This document shows positions 11,935 to 64,000 of a stretch of 64,000 nt of DNA, one piece after another. Below the pieces are notes generated by a model, which saw only the letters and a list, made by a program, of their open reading frames with translations, was not told the origin of the DNA and did no database searches. Position numbers and translations under genes: made by a program. Numbering within the stretch: position 1 is the first letter of the stretch; the number at the start of each line of letters is the position of its first letter. Source of the DNA: Scyliorhinus canicula (taxonomy: Eukaryota); NCBI RefSeq assembly GCF_902713615.1, contig NC_052170.1, forward strand, positions 9,348,744-9,412,743. Reading direction: 5' to 3'.

Positions 11935-13205
11935 TAGCGACAGCGCTGCTCCCAATAGCCCCGGGGAAATACTCAGGGAGTCCGGTAATAATAGCTTCAT
12001 TGAGAATTTGGAGGCAGTTTTGCCAACACTTCAGGTTGGGGGCAGGGTCAAGGGAAATGCCGATCTGGGGGAACCACAGATTTGAGCCAGGGAGGTGGGA
12101 TGGAAATTTTCAGAAATGGGAGGAGAAGGGGATTAAGACACTAAAAGATTTGTTTCTTAGGGGTCGGTTTGCAGGATTGAAGGAGCTGGAAGCGAAGTAT
12201 GGGCTGGAGCAGGGGGAAATGTTTAGATACATACAGGTTCGAGATTTTGCCAGAAATTAAATGCAGAGCTTCCTGGTGGAGCCGGCCTCCACATTGCTGG
12301 AGGAGTGCTGACGACAGGGGTACTGGACAATGGCGTAGTGTCAGCGGTTTACGGAGCTATTTTGGAAAAGAAGGCACCACTGGAAGGGATCAAAGCAAAG
12401 TGGGAGAAAGAGTTAGGAGAGGGTATAGAGGGGTTCTGGTGTGAAATTCTCCAGAGAGTCAACACCTCCACCTCGTGCTTGAGGTTGGGGCTGATACAGC
12501 TGAAGGTGGTATACAGAGCACACCTCACGAGGGCGGGATGAGCCGATTCTTTGAAGGAGTACAAGATGTGTGTGAACGTTGCTGGGGGGAGGGGGGGGGT
12601 TAATCATGTTCATATGCTTTGGTCCTGTCTGGATTACTAGAAGAAAGTTTGGAGGGTAATTTCCAAGGTGGTGCATGTGAAACTGGACCCGGGCCCTCGG
12701 GAGGCTATATTCGGGGTGTCGGACCAGCCGGGGTTGGAAAGGGGTGCGGAGGCAATGTTGTAGCCTTCACCTCATTGATCGCCCGAAGGTGGATCCTGAT
12801 AGGTTGGAGAGCAACCTCTCCACCCTGTGCCGTGGCGGGGGTGGACCTGTTTGAATTCTTGACTCTTGAGAAGGTTAAGTTTGAACTGAGGGGAAGGATG
12901 GAGGGGTTCTACAATTCATGGGCATTATTCCTTATGCATTTCAAGAACTGGATAACATCGAACATTAGTTGGGGGGGGGGGGGGGGGGGGGGGCTGTGTG
13001 CATTAATGGTGACCATGGGTGATCCCCAATTCCTTTTTGTCATTTTTTGTGTGAACATGCAGGCTATTGTTTGGGGTTTGGTAGGAGGATGGGATCGTTG
13101 TTATTGATATGGGGATTGGCATATTTGTTACTGATTATTGTTTATTGTTGGTGGGTATAAATTTGGGAGAAAATGTGAAAAATAATAAAAATATATTTTT
13201 TTAAA
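11935..13205 (+). mobile_element. 5'-truncated, frameshifted L1-clade LINE (ORF2 C-terminus, G-rich 3'UTR, A/T-rich end)
   Basis: IWGNHRFEPG, WEEKGIKTLKDLF, LIQLKVVYRAHLT, HMLWSC, LEKVKFELRG peptides; homologous to 60727-62196. Confidence 0.8.
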
Positions 13206-13219
13206 ATTTCTACTTAATA

Positions 13220-13452
13220 TTTATTGTCACTAGGCTTACATTAACACTGCAATGAGGTTACTGTGAAAAGCCCTTCGTCGCCACATTCCGGCGTCTGTTC
13301 GGGTACACGGAGGGAGAATTCAGAATGTCCAAATTACCTAACAGCACGTCTTTCGGGATTTGTGGGAGGAAACAGGAGCACCCGGAGGAAACCCACGCAG
13401 ACACGGGGAGAATGTGCAGACTCCGCACAGAAGTGACCCAAGCAGGGAATCG
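13220..13452 (-). mobile_element. HE1-headed SINE with the alternative gtaagcct..gtgacaataa tail
   Basis: SINE core followed by ggacattctgaattctccct...ggaatgtggcgac...cacagtaac...gtgacaataa. Confidence 0.75.
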
Positions 13453-13937
13453 ATAATATATAGTGCACAATTTCGAAGTAGTTGAGGTCAACAAAGAAAA
13501 GTGGTTCCCAATACCCTCCTGGTACAAGCATCATGGGGAGGCGAGACACGGATTTAAAGGTTTGGGCAAGTGAGGGAGGGAGAATGTGAGGAAGTTACAA
13601 AGTGAGTGATAATCACCAGGAACTCGCCGTCTACGAGGGTGGCGGAAGCAGAGACGGCGAATGATCTCGGAAGGAAGTTGAATGGGCGCTTCAAGGAACT
13701 AAACCTGGGCTATGGGGAAGAGAGTTGGGGAATGGGTCTGATTTTATTGCTCCACAAAGTGCCAGCATGCACTTGATGGGGCAAAAGGCCTTCCTCTGCG
13801 TTGTAATAACTCTATAAAACAAAATACCCTTCAGTGGCCCCGTGACCCCCCCTCATTCATGAATTTTCTTCCATCCTTTCCTATTGCACCAAATACAAAA
13901 AAAAGTATCAACAATAGGAGATAAAAGATTGTGCCGT

Positions 13938-13943
13938 TTTATT
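13938..13943 (-). terminator. KRI1: KRI1 polyadenylation signal
   Basis: AATAAA about 70 nt after the stop codon, followed by a U/GU-rich tract. Confidence 0.7.
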
Positions 13944-14013
13944 GGACCACCTGTGATAGCAAACCAGTTTCATTTTCATAATATCATATAAAATAATCTC
14001 GCTCAGTACAAAA

Positions 14014-63769
<49,756 letters not shown>

Positions 63770-64000
63770 GCCCGTTGCCATGCACACCGCACGACCCCAG
63801 CGCCGGAAGGTCAAAGGCCACGGCTCGCCCGCCAATCACAGGCCGCGGAAGGGGGCCCACGTGACCGCCCGGCCTTCCTTGACCACAGGCAGCAGCAGCA
63901 GGAGTTGTCCAGAAAGTGGACTCCTCCTTCACTGTGGACCCCCTCAAAGGTAAGCTACCTCAAAACACCAATCCTCAGCAAAGGTGGTTCAGATGTTTCT

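Overview
Repeat-rich cartilaginous-fish genomic DNA; the SINE/LINE complement suggests a shark, probably a catshark, but the species is inferred. Two protein-coding genes lie on the minus strand. (1) A complete 19-exon KRI1 gene (40S ribosome biogenesis factor): ATG at 63769, stop at 14014, AATAAA at 13938. All introns are GT-AG and phase-compatible, but three 1-nt homopolymer shortfalls (two in exon 9, one in exon 19) break the frame as assembled. (2) Coding exon 1 and CpG-island promoter of an RNF11-like gene (2203-2334) that lacks the PPPY motif. The rest is mostly retroelements: an apparently complete CR1 LINE with intact esterase ORF1 and APE-RT ORF2, truncated CR1, L1, Tx1, Rex/Babar and Penelope copies, a decayed Copia-order LTR element, a probable solo LTR and about 30 tRNA-derived SINEs. 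The most unusual signal is a CR1 subfamily carrying a TTAA-flanked SINE with an altered B box inside its 3'UTR; two filled copies and one empty-site relative are in this window. Second is one SINE head joined to three different tails with different target-site duplication (TSD) signatures.
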